DNA of 61,038 nucleotides from the IMG/VR virus record IMGVR_UViG_3300045988_047031, positions 1 through 61,038 of that record; one strand, written 5' to 3'. The DNA comes from a virus. The notes beneath the pieces are model-generated. The model did not search any database, was not told the origin of the DNA, and worked only from the letters and a program-made list of their open reading frames with translations. This document shows, piece by piece, positions 1 to 8,715 of this stretch (the first letter of the stretch is position 1; every line of letters starts with the position of its first letter). Made by a program: the position numbers and the translations under genes.

Positions 1-55
1 AACACACCATACCGCTTCTTAAGAGTTTTTCGTGAGAACAAGTATGGCGAGATTA
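1..55. repeat. terminal direct repeat, copy 1 (circularisation/assembly overlap)
   Basis: nt 1-55 are identical to nt 60984-61038; unit length 60,983 bp. Confidence 0.95.
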
Positions 56-68
56 GAAGTATAAGGAA

Positions 69-311
69 TTGGTTGATAAGTATCCGAGAAAACCCAATCT
101 AAACTTATCTAGTTATCAGGCAAGCGTATATAGATATTTTGTTAAAGTATATAATCAATTAATCGATATTCCTATAGACACTCTATATCTACCATATCTA
201 TACTATAAATATGTAAGCGACGAACATAATATTAATCCAGAAGGGTCTACATTTATTTCCGATATTATTATTGGTATTGCTGAACTAAAAGAAAGAGGAG
301 AGCTGAAATGA
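69..311 (+). CDS. hypothetical protein (80 aa)
   Basis: ORF with TTG start and weak RBS; its stop overlaps the next start (AAATGA), suggesting coupling. Confidence 0.4.
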   Translation: MVDKYPRKPNLNLSSYQASVYRYFVKVYNQLIDIPIDTLYLPYLYYKYVSDEHNINPEGSTFISDIIIGIAELKERGELK

Positions 312-1126
312 GAAATGATATCATTAATTATGCAACTGGAAAACCTGTAAGTTGTATAGATGTTTATTATGACAAGTTGGTTAAAGAGGGCTGTCTTAAA
401 AATGTAAAAATATTAGAATGTCTCTGTTATATTCTGTGTGGTAAGGTTTATAATAGTTGTAATTTTACAAATAAGGAGGCTGTTTGTAAAATATTCCAGG
501 AAATCGCAGATACCTTATCTATCCCATTTCAAGATGTATTTGATTTATGGAATGGCGACCGGATATTGTTACGTACAAAGAAGACAACCCTTGTATTGGG
601 AGCCGTAACTAACAGCATCTTTAATCAATACGCCGATGGTAAGACTATCTACTTATATTTTGTTCATGAAGAGACCGAGACCCCGCTTCTTGGTTCTTTC
701 GTTTTTGAACCAGAACTTAAATATGGCGTTGCTACTCATCCATCGTGGCTAGCGTTTCTTAAACATATCGACAACGCCTGTAGTTTGATCAGTGCCGACT
801 TTGTTAATCGTCGTTCTTCTACTTATAATACTAAGATACTAGCTAAGAGTTTGCTAAATATTTCAAATAAACAATGGAAAGAAATTGTAAAAGGCCCGGT
901 ATATGTTCTGCTTCAGGATCTTCAAGACAACACTGTTAGTCGACTTACAGAGCTTATGAAGGCAATTCCTGACTATGAAATTGATATATGGCTGCTTGTA
1001 TGTATCGCACAGGATAAACCCCCATATACAAAAGACACAGATAAACTATTTGGTTGTATAGCGTATCATCTTGCTAAAGTGATAAATGAAGGTAAACTTC
1101 GTAAAGTTGTTAAAATTAAAAACTAA
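308..1126 (+). CDS. hypothetical protein (272 aa)
   Basis: long ORF, ATGA overlap with the upstream ORF; no motif recognised. Confidence 0.7.
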   Translation: MRNDIINYATGKPVSCIDVYYDKLVKEGCLKNVKILECLCYILCGKVYNSCNFTNKEAVCKIFQEIADTLSIPFQDVFDLWNGDRILLRTKKTTLVLGAVTNSIFNQYADGKTIYLYFVHEETETPLLGSFVFEPELKYGVATHPSWLAFLKHIDNACSLISADFVNRRSSTYNTKILAKSLLNISNKQWKEIVKGPVYVLLQDLQDNTVSRLTELMKAIPDYEIDIWLLVCIAQDKPPYTKDTDKLFGCIAYHLAKVINEGKLRKVVKIKN

Positions 1127-1140
1127 TAGGAGGAAATGAA

Positions 1141-1464
1141 ATGACAAACACTAATTCAGAAGGACGTGTATTCAAGGTACCTTATTCACCACGGGATTAT
1201 GTTCGCCGATTATGGAAATCCATTGGAGTACATATGATGCGACGTGGGGCTATTGATATCAAGGGTAACCCTATTTGGGATAAGTCCAGTTTAGCAGACC
1301 AAGTGACTAGCCACCGCTATCATGAACGTGCGCTCCGTATCAAGATTAATGAAATCCGTGTTAAGCATGGCCTGGAACCTATCGCTCTGGATTCGCTTAA
1401 ATGGTTCACTGAAGGTTATGTATTGGAAGGATTGGAGGATTATAAGTATGCTAAAATCATCTAA
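1141..1464 (+). CDS. hypothetical protein (107 aa)
   Basis: TAGGAGGA RBS 6 nt upstream of the ATG. Confidence 0.75.
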   Translation: MTNTNSEGRVFKVPYSPRDYVRRLWKSIGVHMMRRGAIDIKGNPIWDKSSLADQVTSHRYHERALRIKINEIRVKHGLEPIALDSLKWFTEGYVLEGLEDYKYAKII

Positions 1465-1945
1465 AGCGCTGCAATTCTTATTCATGGTAAGTCTTTGTAC
1501 TACCGTGATTGGTATTCCATCGCTTATCTTATTCGTTGTGGCCTTGAAATGGCTCTTCCTCATCTACCCAGCTGTATTCCTGTGTCTGGTTATGCTAGTT
1601 TCGTATATTACAGCTATCTGTATGGTATATGATGATATCTTTGGTAGCGGTCGAGATAGACGGTTTCTTGAGGCGAAGACTATACCTGTTACAGATAGGA
1701 AGGAGTTCGGCGAGGTGTATAGGGAGATCTCGAGATCACCGGTTTCAATCGTACCATTTTATGATAATTTTGCGCCAATTTGTAACTCACTTGGGATACA
1801 ACCACCACTAAATGAAAGTGAAGCATCTATACGATTTTCTGAAATGTTTGTAATATTGGCTGACTCGCTAAACGATATCTCAGAAAAACTAAAACCAATC
1901 GATCTTTACAATCTATGGGTACAGAATAAACTCTTAATTATCTAA
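1448..1945 (+). CDS. hypothetical membrane protein (165 aa)
   Basis: ATG 1448 preceded by GGAGGA (1433-1438); hydrophobic helices (FLFMVSLCTTVIGIPSLILFVVAL, IYPAVFLCLVMLVSYITAICMV). The ORF-track start at 1322 lies inside the previous gene. Confidence 0.65.
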   Translation: MLKSSKALQFLFMVSLCTTVIGIPSLILFVVALKWLFLIYPAVFLCLVMLVSYITAICMVYDDIFGSGRDRRFLEAKTIPVTDRKEFGEVYREISRSPVSIVPFYDNFAPICNSLGIQPPLNESEASIRFSEMFVILADSLNDISEKLKPIDLYNLWVQNKLLII

Positions 1946-1973
1946 TTAGATGAGGATTATAATATTGTTTATA

Positions 1974-2010
1974 ATTACGATATTATTACGATATTATTAC
2001 GATATTATTA
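1974..2010. repeat. 11-bp tandem repeat (ttacgatatta x3 plus partial copy)
   Basis: direct reading of 1974-2010 inside the AT-rich 1946-2145 intergenic region. Confidence 0.9.
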
Positions 2011-2145
2011 CATTCACAAGCCCTACATATAGAGACGATCAATGCCGAATCTATATTATAATAAATGATGGTAAAAATTGTTTTACTACAAAAGGAACGC
2101 GTGATGAACTTATTTATACATATAATTTAACGGAGGTAAAATAAT

Positions 2146-3348
2146 ATGATGTCAGAAAAATTAATAGGGCTTTTAGATGAGTTCCAGAAGTTTGCAGTTA
2201 AACTTAAGATCCAACAAATATTGGATACGCTGGTTAAAGATGATCGGGTGCATGAAGTAATCGATGCCGATAAAGTGTTTGATTACCACAATAAGATGCG
2301 TGAACATTTCACCAAGAACCCTCAGGACTTCACATTCTCAAATCGCGAATGGGTGCAGGAATCGCTTAAACGAATTAATGTGGATGTATCTGATATCTTT
2401 GATGCAGGTGCTAATGTAGACCATATTAAGCGTGAAGAGATTATTATTCTATTCATGCTGCTATGGATTCATATGAAGATACAAGACCCATCTAGTTCTT
2501 CGTCTATTGAAGATCCTTATATTCTATTCCACTATTGGATATATGACCGAGTTATCGTTACTAGACCGACAAAAGAAGCTTATTTGAGTCATGAAGATGA
2601 AAAAGTATTAGACCGCGCTTCAGACAAATACGGCTTATTTATAAACCTCCATCATTTTAGCATCAATGAAAAAGGAGAAGTTGATTATTGGTATACAGAT
2701 CCTTCTAATATTATAAACCTTGATTCTTGTGTAAAATGTGGCGCCGAAAGTTTTAGAAAAGTCAAAGACTTGGCTATGAGTAGACTCACAAAAGAACAGA
2801 ATAAACTTGCGGATGCTGATAAGAAGCATTGGACGGAAGCAGATGAGGTACGCGCTCGTTTTCAATCAAAGTTCAGATACATGAAAGGCGGTAGAATTAA
2901 ATTCGGTCATTCTGAAAAGAAAACACCAATTATCTGGCACCATAATATTGAGGAGGTATTGGTTAAAGTTCCTAAAGATATTCACGAGCGGATCCCTGAT
3001 ATAGACTTTGATAATTTCGAAGATACTATTGGTAAACTCACAAACGACCTACTTGCAGAAAAACAGCGTCATCATAACATCGCCCGGAATACTAAATTTG
3101 TAGTACGGAAAATGACGACCATGTCCAATAAAGACTATAAGGCGTTTCTGAAGAAATTCAAAGAAAGGGAAGTGATGCGTTGTTATGATTGGTTTCAATG
3201 CTTCGACGACATCTTGAAAATTAGCGATCTTGAGTTCGATAATGAGGTTATTCTAGAAGCCGCTGTTCAATATAACCGTAGTATTTATCATCTTAATAAA
3301 GCTCTACTTAAACTAAAGGAGAAATTAAATGAAGAAAAAGACCAGTAA
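2146..3348 (+). CDS. hypothetical protein (400 aa)
   Basis: ACGGAGG RBS before ATG 2146; long ORF; no motif recognised. Confidence 0.8.
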   Translation: MMSEKLIGLLDEFQKFAVKLKIQQILDTLVKDDRVHEVIDADKVFDYHNKMREHFTKNPQDFTFSNREWVQESLKRINVDVSDIFDAGANVDHIKREEIIILFMLLWIHMKIQDPSSSSSIEDPYILFHYWIYDRVIVTRPTKEAYLSHEDEKVLDRASDKYGLFINLHHFSINEKGEVDYWYTDPSNIINLDSCVKCGAESFRKVKDLAMSRLTKEQNKLADADKKHWTEADEVRARFQSKFRYMKGGRIKFGHSEKKTPIIWHHNIEEVLVKVPKDIHERIPDIDFDNFEDTIGKLTNDLLAEKQRHHNIARNTKFVVRKMTTMSNKDYKAFLKKFKEREVMRCYDWFQCFDDILKISDLEFDNEVILEAAVQYNRSIYHLNKALLKLKEKLNEEKDQ

Positions 3349-3562
3349 ACCTATTTTCTACGTTTCTACGTTTATCTTACTAGCTGCGGTGGCCTTATTC
3401 ACCTTTATCACTTACCTCTTTATCTCTTGGTTAATGAGTCTGGTTCCGCAAATTGGTATCTTTGGTTTACTGATATCTAACCTTGTCTTAGGTTTTGGTG
3501 CCTTTATTATATATAGTTTATATATGGCGGCTAAGGATGTGTATGAAAGGCAGGTAAAATGA
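3329..3562 (+). CDS. small membrane protein (77 aa)
   Basis: AAAGGAG RBS; two predicted TM helices. Confidence 0.7.
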   Translation: MKKKTSKPIFYVSTFILLAAVALFTFITYLFISWLMSLVPQIGIFGLLISNLVLGFGAFIIYSLYMAAKDVYERQVK

Positions 3563-3565
3563 TAG

Positions 3566-3748
3566 ATGAAACAAGAATTCTTAGATAAAATTGCAAAGAT
3601 TGAGAAAGCCCATGGGCCGTTGGAAGAACCCAAAAGACCTTATAACTCTTCTATCTATGATATTGAACCTGAAGATGAGGACGACATCTTTACTATTAAA
3701 GGTTGGCATCTATTGTCGGATGCTATTTTAGGGAGGTATGATAAATAA
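3566..3748 (+). CDS. hypothetical protein (60 aa)
   Basis: ORF packed tightly between neighbours; weak RBS. Confidence 0.5.
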   Translation: MKQEFLDKIAKIEKAHGPLEEPKRPYNSSIYDIEPEDEDDIFTIKGWHLLSDAILGRYDK

Positions 3749-3973
3749 ATGAAAAGAATGTCGAAAACATGTTTTATTCACAATCTTGCTAGTTGGTTAT
3801 TTATTACAGCATTACTAACGCTTGCAGCCATATGTACTTATGGCGTAATTTATTCTATAATTATTCAAAGCAAACTACCTGAGTTCTTTATTTATATCGG
3901 AGCCAGTGCGGTTTCTATGGGATATGTCGCACTTGTAGTCCTGGCCTTTATTAATTTCGTTATAGAAGGGTGA
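3749..3973 (+). CDS. small membrane protein (74 aa)
   Basis: GGGAGG upstream; two hydrophobic helices. Confidence 0.6.
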   Translation: MKRMSKTCFIHNLASWLFITALLTLAAICTYGVIYSIIIQSKLPEFFIYIGASAVSMGYVALVVLAFINFVIEG

Positions 3974-3977
3974 TGGT

Positions 3978-4268
3978 ATGAAACTGCTTGTATCTTGGGC
4001 GTATTACGTTAGTAATAGGGAAGAACTTGATAATTTAATTAGAGACCCTGATGATAATATTATTAAAGCACCGGATGATTTCTTTGACATGATACCTCGA
4101 GAATATCTTCTTATTGATGATGGGGCTCTTATCGCTACTAAAGAATGGTCTGATTCTTTCGATAAAATCATGGATAAGTCTCCGGTTACTTCTGAAGACC
4201 TTGATGGCGGTGGTATTATTTATAGAAAACAGTTCAATATCCCACCGTTACCTCATAATTTCCTATAA
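3978..4268 (+). CDS. hypothetical acidic protein (96 aa)
   Basis: ORF in tight tandem arrangement. Confidence 0.6.
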   Translation: MKLLVSWAYYVSNREELDNLIRDPDDNIIKAPDDFFDMIPREYLLIDDGALIATKEWSDSFDKIMDKSPVTSEDLDGGGIIYRKQFNIPPLPHNFL

Positions 4269-4293
4269 TATTAGTATAATAAATATGTAACTT

Positions 4294-4321
4294 ATTACAA
4301 AGCTCTTAATAGAAGGAGAGA
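4294..4321 (+). promoter_or_regulatory. phage promoter-like element, copy a (attacaaagctcttaatagaaggagaga)
   Basis: fits TTTACA-N10-TAGAA(A/G)GAGAG with the same fixed spacing as the 12 other copies; lies 105 nt upstream of the SSB-like gene. Confidence 0.5.
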
Positions 4322-4426
4322 GATGGAGAGTTTTGTTTTCCATCAATATTATAGTAGTCTTTTCTACTATTATATACCACTCTCCTCGACGTTTAACACA
4401 CTATTTGCTAGAAAAGGAGAAATAAA

Positions 4427-4918
4427 ATGGTAAATCAATCACAAATCACACTTGAAAACGTTCGCGTTATCTACCCTAACTTCGCTGGTCGTGAATCTGA
4501 GTACAATACAAAAGGTTCACGTGAGTTCGGCATCGCCTTGGATCCTGCTCTTGCTGAGGAACTTGCCGCTCAAGGACTAAATGTTAAGTTTCCTACTGAA
4601 GACAAACCAAACCGTCCTGCTTATTTGCCAGCCACTCTATCTAATGGCCCTGAAATTCAACCATGGATTAAGCTGGTTCTGGTAAACCAAGGTAAAGGTA
4701 CTATCCTTAATAATGCAGATACTAATCAACTTGCTATGCTGGACGAAGTTACAGCTGGCGCACTTGCTAATGTAATCATTAATCCTTACAACTGGACTGC
4801 CGCTGGTCGCTCTGGAATCAAGGCTTATGTGAATAAGCTATACGTCTATATTGATGATATTGACCCAAGCCTGGCTCCAGCTAAGGATAAGTTCGAACAG
4901 GATATTGAATTCATTTAA
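4427..4918 (+). CDS. ssDNA-binding protein-like (T7 gp2.5 / DUF2815-type)
   Basis: N-terminal ITLENVRVIYPNF and C-terminal NPYNWTAAGRSGIKAYVNKLYV pattern; acidic tail (DKFEQDIEFI); sits next to helicase and nucleases. Confidence 0.55.
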   Translation: MVNQSQITLENVRVIYPNFAGRESEYNTKGSREFGIALDPALAEELAAQGLNVKFPTEDKPNRPAYLPATLSNGPEIQPWIKLVLVNQGKGTILNNADTNQLAMLDEVTAGALANVIINPYNWTAAGRSGIKAYVNKLYVYIDDIDPSLAPAKDKFEQDIEFI

Positions 4919-4920
4919 TC

Positions 4921-6222
4921 ATGATACCCCATAAACTGGGTAGTATCGCACTAAAACCCAAGCAATTTGAAGCATGCGGGAAGTTAAAGAACGGCTCTAT
5001 ATTAATGGGAGGTGTTGGCTCAGGTAAGACATTTACGTCTATATTCTGGGCCGCCTCCCAATACGGAGCTTCTTTTTTTACAAAAGACAAGCCTCTTATT
5101 GTTATCACCACTGCCATGAAGCGTGACCTTATCGAGTTAGGTAAGGATAAACCGGATTGGCAAAGCTCTCTGGAGGCCTGCGGTATTACTAATTATATAG
5201 TAGACTCTTGGCAGAACATTGAGAAATACCAACATATAACCGACTCTGTCTTCATATTCGATGAGCAGAGGGTTGTTGGTTATGGTAAATGGGGTAAGGC
5301 TTTTATCCGCACATGTTGGAAGAATAACAAATGGATACTGTTATCTGCCACACCAGGCGATGTCTGGATGGATTATATGACAATATTCATAGCTAATAAA
5401 TTCTATAGGAATAAAACGGATTTCACATCTCGTCATGTTGTATGGGATCCTTATGTTAAATTCCCTAAGGTTAAGAAGTATATTGGTACCGCTGTTCTTG
5501 AGAAATACAGGAATCAAATCGTTGTACCTATGGATGATGATCGTGAGACTGTCCGCCATAGGGAATATCTATATGCTGAGTATGATGCTTTGATGTTGAA
5601 AGACTTGGCTGATACAAGATGGAACCCATTTACTGACGAACCTATATTGAATATTGCCGAATACACACAACTAGTTCGGCGCATCGTCAACACTTCCCCA
5701 GACAGAATTAGGTTGGCTGAGAAGTATATTAAAGAACATGATAAGGTTATTGTATTCTACAACTTCAATTACGAGTTGGAGATATTAAAAGATATCTGCG
5801 AACGTAACAACCTATTATATAAAGAATGGAACGGTAATAAACATGAGCACATTCCTCAAGAAGACTCTTGGGTATATCTTGTTCAATACACAGCAGGAGC
5901 CGAGGGATGGAATTGTATTACTACTGACAATATTCTATTCTATTCTGTTAATTATTCTTATCGTAAAATGGAACAAGCGGAAGGCCGAATAGACCGTTCT
6001 AACACGCCGTTCAAAGACCTTTACTATATATATCTGACGTCGTCTGCCAAAGTTGATAAGGATATTCTAAAGGCTGTTAAAGATAAGAAGAGATTTACAG
6101 AAGCCGCATGGGCGAAGAAACAAGGTTTTACACCTTATGATGATTATATTGATAATTTAGAGAAGGGATGGTTGTATGGCGTCGATACCTTTGGAGAAGG
6201 ATTACCAGGCAAGTCTTCTTAG
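4921..6222 (+). CDS. SF2 (SNF2/DEAD-like) helicase
   Basis: Walker A GGVGSGKT, DEQ box (IFDEQ), LLSATPG, motif VI QAEGRIDR. Confidence 0.8.
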   Translation: MIPHKLGSIALKPKQFEACGKLKNGSILMGGVGSGKTFTSIFWAASQYGASFFTKDKPLIVITTAMKRDLIELGKDKPDWQSSLEACGITNYIVDSWQNIEKYQHITDSVFIFDEQRVVGYGKWGKAFIRTCWKNNKWILLSATPGDVWMDYMTIFIANKFYRNKTDFTSRHVVWDPYVKFPKVKKYIGTAVLEKYRNQIVVPMDDDRETVRHREYLYAEYDALMLKDLADTRWNPFTDEPILNIAEYTQLVRRIVNTSPDRIRLAEKYIKEHDKVIVFYNFNYELEILKDICERNNLLYKEWNGNKHEHIPQEDSWVYLVQYTAGAEGWNCITTDNILFYSVNYSYRKMEQAEGRIDRSNTPFKDLYYIYLTSSAKVDKDILKAVKDKKRFTEAAWAKKQGFTPYDDYIDNLEKGWLYGVDTFGEGLPGKSS

Positions 6223-6508
6223 AAGGCTGCGTAAGGCTTATAGGAGCCGCATATTAGCGACTAAGACTGACCCTGGGTCGGTACAAGGGATACCTGATTT
6301 GATCGTTATATGCGATTCTAAATACGCTCTATTGGAAGTTAAACGCTCTGCCAACGCTTCTAAAAGACCTAATCAAGACTATTATATAGAGAAATTTGGA
6401 CAACATAGTTTTACATCATTCATTTATCCTGAGAATGAAACAGATGTTATATATGAAATGTGTGATTTCTTTGGTCTTGACTTCAATTTATTTCTGAAAG
6501 AAAAGTAG
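6176..6508 (+). CDS. VRR-NUC domain nuclease
   Basis: GIPDLIVICDSKYALLEVKR (D...E-x-K restriction-fold core); typical position after the SNF2 helicase. Confidence 0.7.
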   Translation: MASIPLEKDYQASLLRRLRKAYRSRILATKTDPGSVQGIPDLIVICDSKYALLEVKRSANASKRPNQDYYIEKFGQHSFTSFIYPENETDVIYEMCDFFGLDFNLFLKEK

Positions 6509-6544
6509 TTCTAATTGTAGTAGATATCTTTAAAGGAGCGATGA

Positions 6545-7153
6545 ATGGATTGGATACCACATTGGAACTTGGCTGGGAAACATGCATTCTTATCCCCGTC
6601 AGGTTATTCATGGCTTGGTTATGATGCTGAAAAAATGGCTAAATCCTATGAGAACAAACAGAACGTTGCTCGTGGGACAGCCTTGCATGAGATGGCATCG
6701 CAATTAATTAAGTCTAAAACAGAATTAGCGCCTAAAAAGAAGGCTCTTAACCTGTTTGTCAACGATTGTATTAGGGACGGCATGTCTTCTGAGGTACTTT
6801 TATACTACTCAGACCATTGTTTTGGTACTGCAGACGGTATTAAATGGGACTCAGACCAGCTTGAATTACGTATTTACGACCTAAAAACCGGCGTATCTAA
6901 GCCATCTTTCAAGCAATTAGATATCTATGCCGCTCTATTTTGCTTAGAATATGGGGTAAATCCTAAGAAAATTACCATTATTCAGCGCCTATATCAAGGG
7001 AATGGCTTCCAAGAACAGGTGACTGTCAAGGATAAAGCTCGTGTTGAGGGTGAAAATCCCGGTAATATCGCTTGGATTATGTCGCATATTAAGCAAATGA
7101 GTAAAATATTAGAGGAAAAAGAGGCTGAAATCAGGCCATTTAAGTTCTGGTAG
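6545..7153 (+). CDS. PD-(D/E)XK exonuclease (RecB/Cas4-like, DUF2800-type)
   Basis: GTADGI ... IYDLKTG ... QLDIYA motif series; AAAGGAG RBS 6 nt upstream of ATG 6545. Confidence 0.6.
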   Translation: MDWIPHWNLAGKHAFLSPSGYSWLGYDAEKMAKSYENKQNVARGTALHEMASQLIKSKTELAPKKKALNLFVNDCIRDGMSSEVLLYYSDHCFGTADGIKWDSDQLELRIYDLKTGVSKPSFKQLDIYAALFCLEYGVNPKKITIIQRLYQGNGFQEQVTVKDKARVEGENPGNIAWIMSHIKQMSKILEEKEAEIRPFKFW

Positions 7154-7361
7154 AGCTTGAATTGGTTGGATATTATAGGAAAAATTGGCTATTTTTGGTC
7201 GATTTTCATTCTACAATTGTCGTTTTCGGCTAATTTGCCCCTGACAAAAGTGGCTCAAAACCCTGGAATTTCCCCAAATTTCCCCAAATCAAACTTGGGG
7301 ATTTGCCAAAAAACGTGGGGAAAATGGGTGTTTTTGGGCCATTTCCCCAAATCAGGGGGTA

Positions 7362-7493
7362 TTTTGTGCCACGTTTTGAGCCACTTTTTTAGGCCTATTT
7401 TTGCTATAATGTTATAGTATTTTGGACTAGTTTTTGGCGTGATTTTTAGATGTTTTCAGACGTCGAAAAAGTGGCTCAAAACGTGGCACAAAA
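7362..7493. repeat. 28-bp perfect inverted repeat (arms 7362-7389 / 7466-7493)
   Basis: ttttgtgccacgttttgagccacttttt versus its exact reverse complement; the 76-bp spacer contains TGcTATAAT; partial third copy aaaagtggctcaaaac at 7246-7261. Confidence 0.95.
7402..7410 (+). promoter_or_regulatory. extended -10 box TGcTATAAT (candidate host sigma-A promoter)
   Basis: exact TGnTATAAT; part of the 22-nt direct repeat tatttttgctataatNttatag (7396-7417 and 7639-7660). Confidence 0.4.
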
Positions 7494-7644
7494 CTCTGGT
7501 AAGTTTGGGGAAATTGGTGTTTTCCCATGGTTTTCCCCAAGAAATTTCGCCAATCCCCAGATTAAAGTTGGGGAAAATGGTGAAGAGTTGTCAGGGGCAA
7601 ATTGAGCAAAAAGGGGTCTTTTTGGCCTGTTTTTGGGGTATTTT

Positions 7645-7653
7645 TGCTATAAT
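7645..7653 (+). promoter_or_regulatory. extended -10 box TGcTATAAT (candidate host sigma-A promoter)
   Basis: second copy of the 22-nt repeat. Confidence 0.4.
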
Positions 7654-7659
7654 TTTATA

Positions 7660-7911
7660 GTTTTCCCCAAAATCCCACGGTTTTTTCGGAAACTTTTTAA
7701 ATATATTAATTAGATTTTATATGACTTTTTATGGGTTATGTAGGGTTGTATGGTATTATGTTGTTTTATTATATATTTTATATTATTTTTAATAGTCTCG
7801 CGCGTACGGGAACTATAATCTTAAAAGTATAAAAAATGGTATAATAAACAAGGATTTTTAATCAATATATTTAAAAAGTTTCCGAAAAAACCGTGGGATT
7901 TTGGGGAAAAC
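7660..7911. repeat. 48-bp perfect inverted repeat (arms 7660-7707 / 7864-7911)
   Basis: gttttccccaaaatcccacggttttttcggaaactttttaaatatatt versus its exact reverse complement; 156-bp AT-rich spacer with a GC island (gtctcgcgcgtacggg). Confidence 0.95.
7847..7855 (+). promoter_or_regulatory. extended -10 box TGgTATAAT (candidate host sigma-A promoter)
   Basis: exact TGnTATAAT inside the spacer of the 48-bp inverted repeat. Confidence 0.35.
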
Positions 7912-8055
7912 CTATTTTTATATGGAAAATGGACATTTTTGATGATTTTTGTCTTGTTTTTCTGGTTTTGTGTTGTTTTAGTATAATTTAGGTAAAAATA
8001 CATATTTATTTTAGTATTCTGGTTGTATTTGGTATTTTCCAATGTTGCCGGATGT

Positions 8056-8495
8056 GAAACGATATATAAGCTTCAAACTGCTTAGGTTTGGGTTGAGTGT
8101 GAGTTAAGTTTTTACTTGTTTGGGTAAGCGTCATAACATAGGCATTGTTAAACCTCCTTACAAATGTTTCCTTTCTGAATTATTTACTCATATTCAAAAG
8201 TTGCAGTTTCTGTCATTTCCTGCAACAACCTCAAAAGTGTTCCTACTGGGTTTTCTTATTTTTCCCCAGTTGTTTATAAATCTCCTATTTCTATTTTTTG
8301 GTTAGGCATGTGGTACTAGCAGCAAACTACATGTTCGTGATAAAAGTGTGTTTCATAAACATGACGTAAATGGGTGGTGTGGTTGATGTTCCGATGTGTC
8401 CATACTACAGCCAATTTATCCAATCAAGTGTTGGTGAAGTTTGTACTTTCTCGCATATACCAAACCTAGGTGGTTTCAAGCTTATATATCATTTC
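8056..8495. repeat. 36-bp imperfect inverted repeat (arms 8056-8091 / 8460-8495, 31/36)
   Basis: gaaacgatatataagcttcaaactgcttaggtttgg versus ccaaacctaggtggtttcaagcttatatatcatttc. Confidence 0.8.
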
Positions 8496-8715
8496 GGTAT
8501 GTATTTTTATAGTTTTTATGGGTATTTCTCAGTTTTGGGAAGTTCGAGGCGCTATAATAGCCCTCAGAGGCCCATATTCGCCCTGTATCGCGTTTTATGT
8601 TGTAGTCCGGTAAATAGTTCATCTTTGGGCTAAAATGCTGTGATGGGCCTTATATGGCCTTATACGACGTGTTAGTATTTTGGGCATTTTTAAGATTTTT
8701 GAGGAGGATTACGCA

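Larger units (their letters stand above)
7232..7603. repeat. 16-bp perfect inverted repeat (arms 7232-7247 / 7588-7603)
   Basis: aatttgcccctgacaa versus ttgtcaggggcaaatt. Confidence 0.9.
7268..7911. repeat. iteron cluster TTCCCCAA / TTGGGGAA (about 13 copies, both orientations)
   Basis: copies at 7268, 7278 (tandem), 7294(rc), 7314(rc), 7341, 7503(rc), 7531, 7551 (degenerate), 7567(rc), 7631(rc), 7661, 7900(rc); one more at 8260. Confidence 0.85.
7157..8679. other. 1.5-kb non-coding control region (candidate origin / early promoter region)
   Basis: no ORF with an RBS; ORF-track ORFs here are translations of repeats; dense inverted repeats, iterons and extended -10 boxes. Confidence 0.7.

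Noticed and set aside
1950-2144. 64-aa ORF in the 1946-2145 gap
   Set aside because: It is a translation of the 11-bp tandem repeat and AT-rich spacer (IITILLRYYYDIITF), with no RBS.
7157-8633. ORF-track ORFs 7157-7417, 7439-7660, 7821-8042(-), 8120-8305 and 8370-8633
   Set aside because: They have no RBS. Their sequences are translations of the iterons and inverted repeats (for example the repeated FPKS/GKW peptides) and are of low complexity. The region is treated as non-coding.
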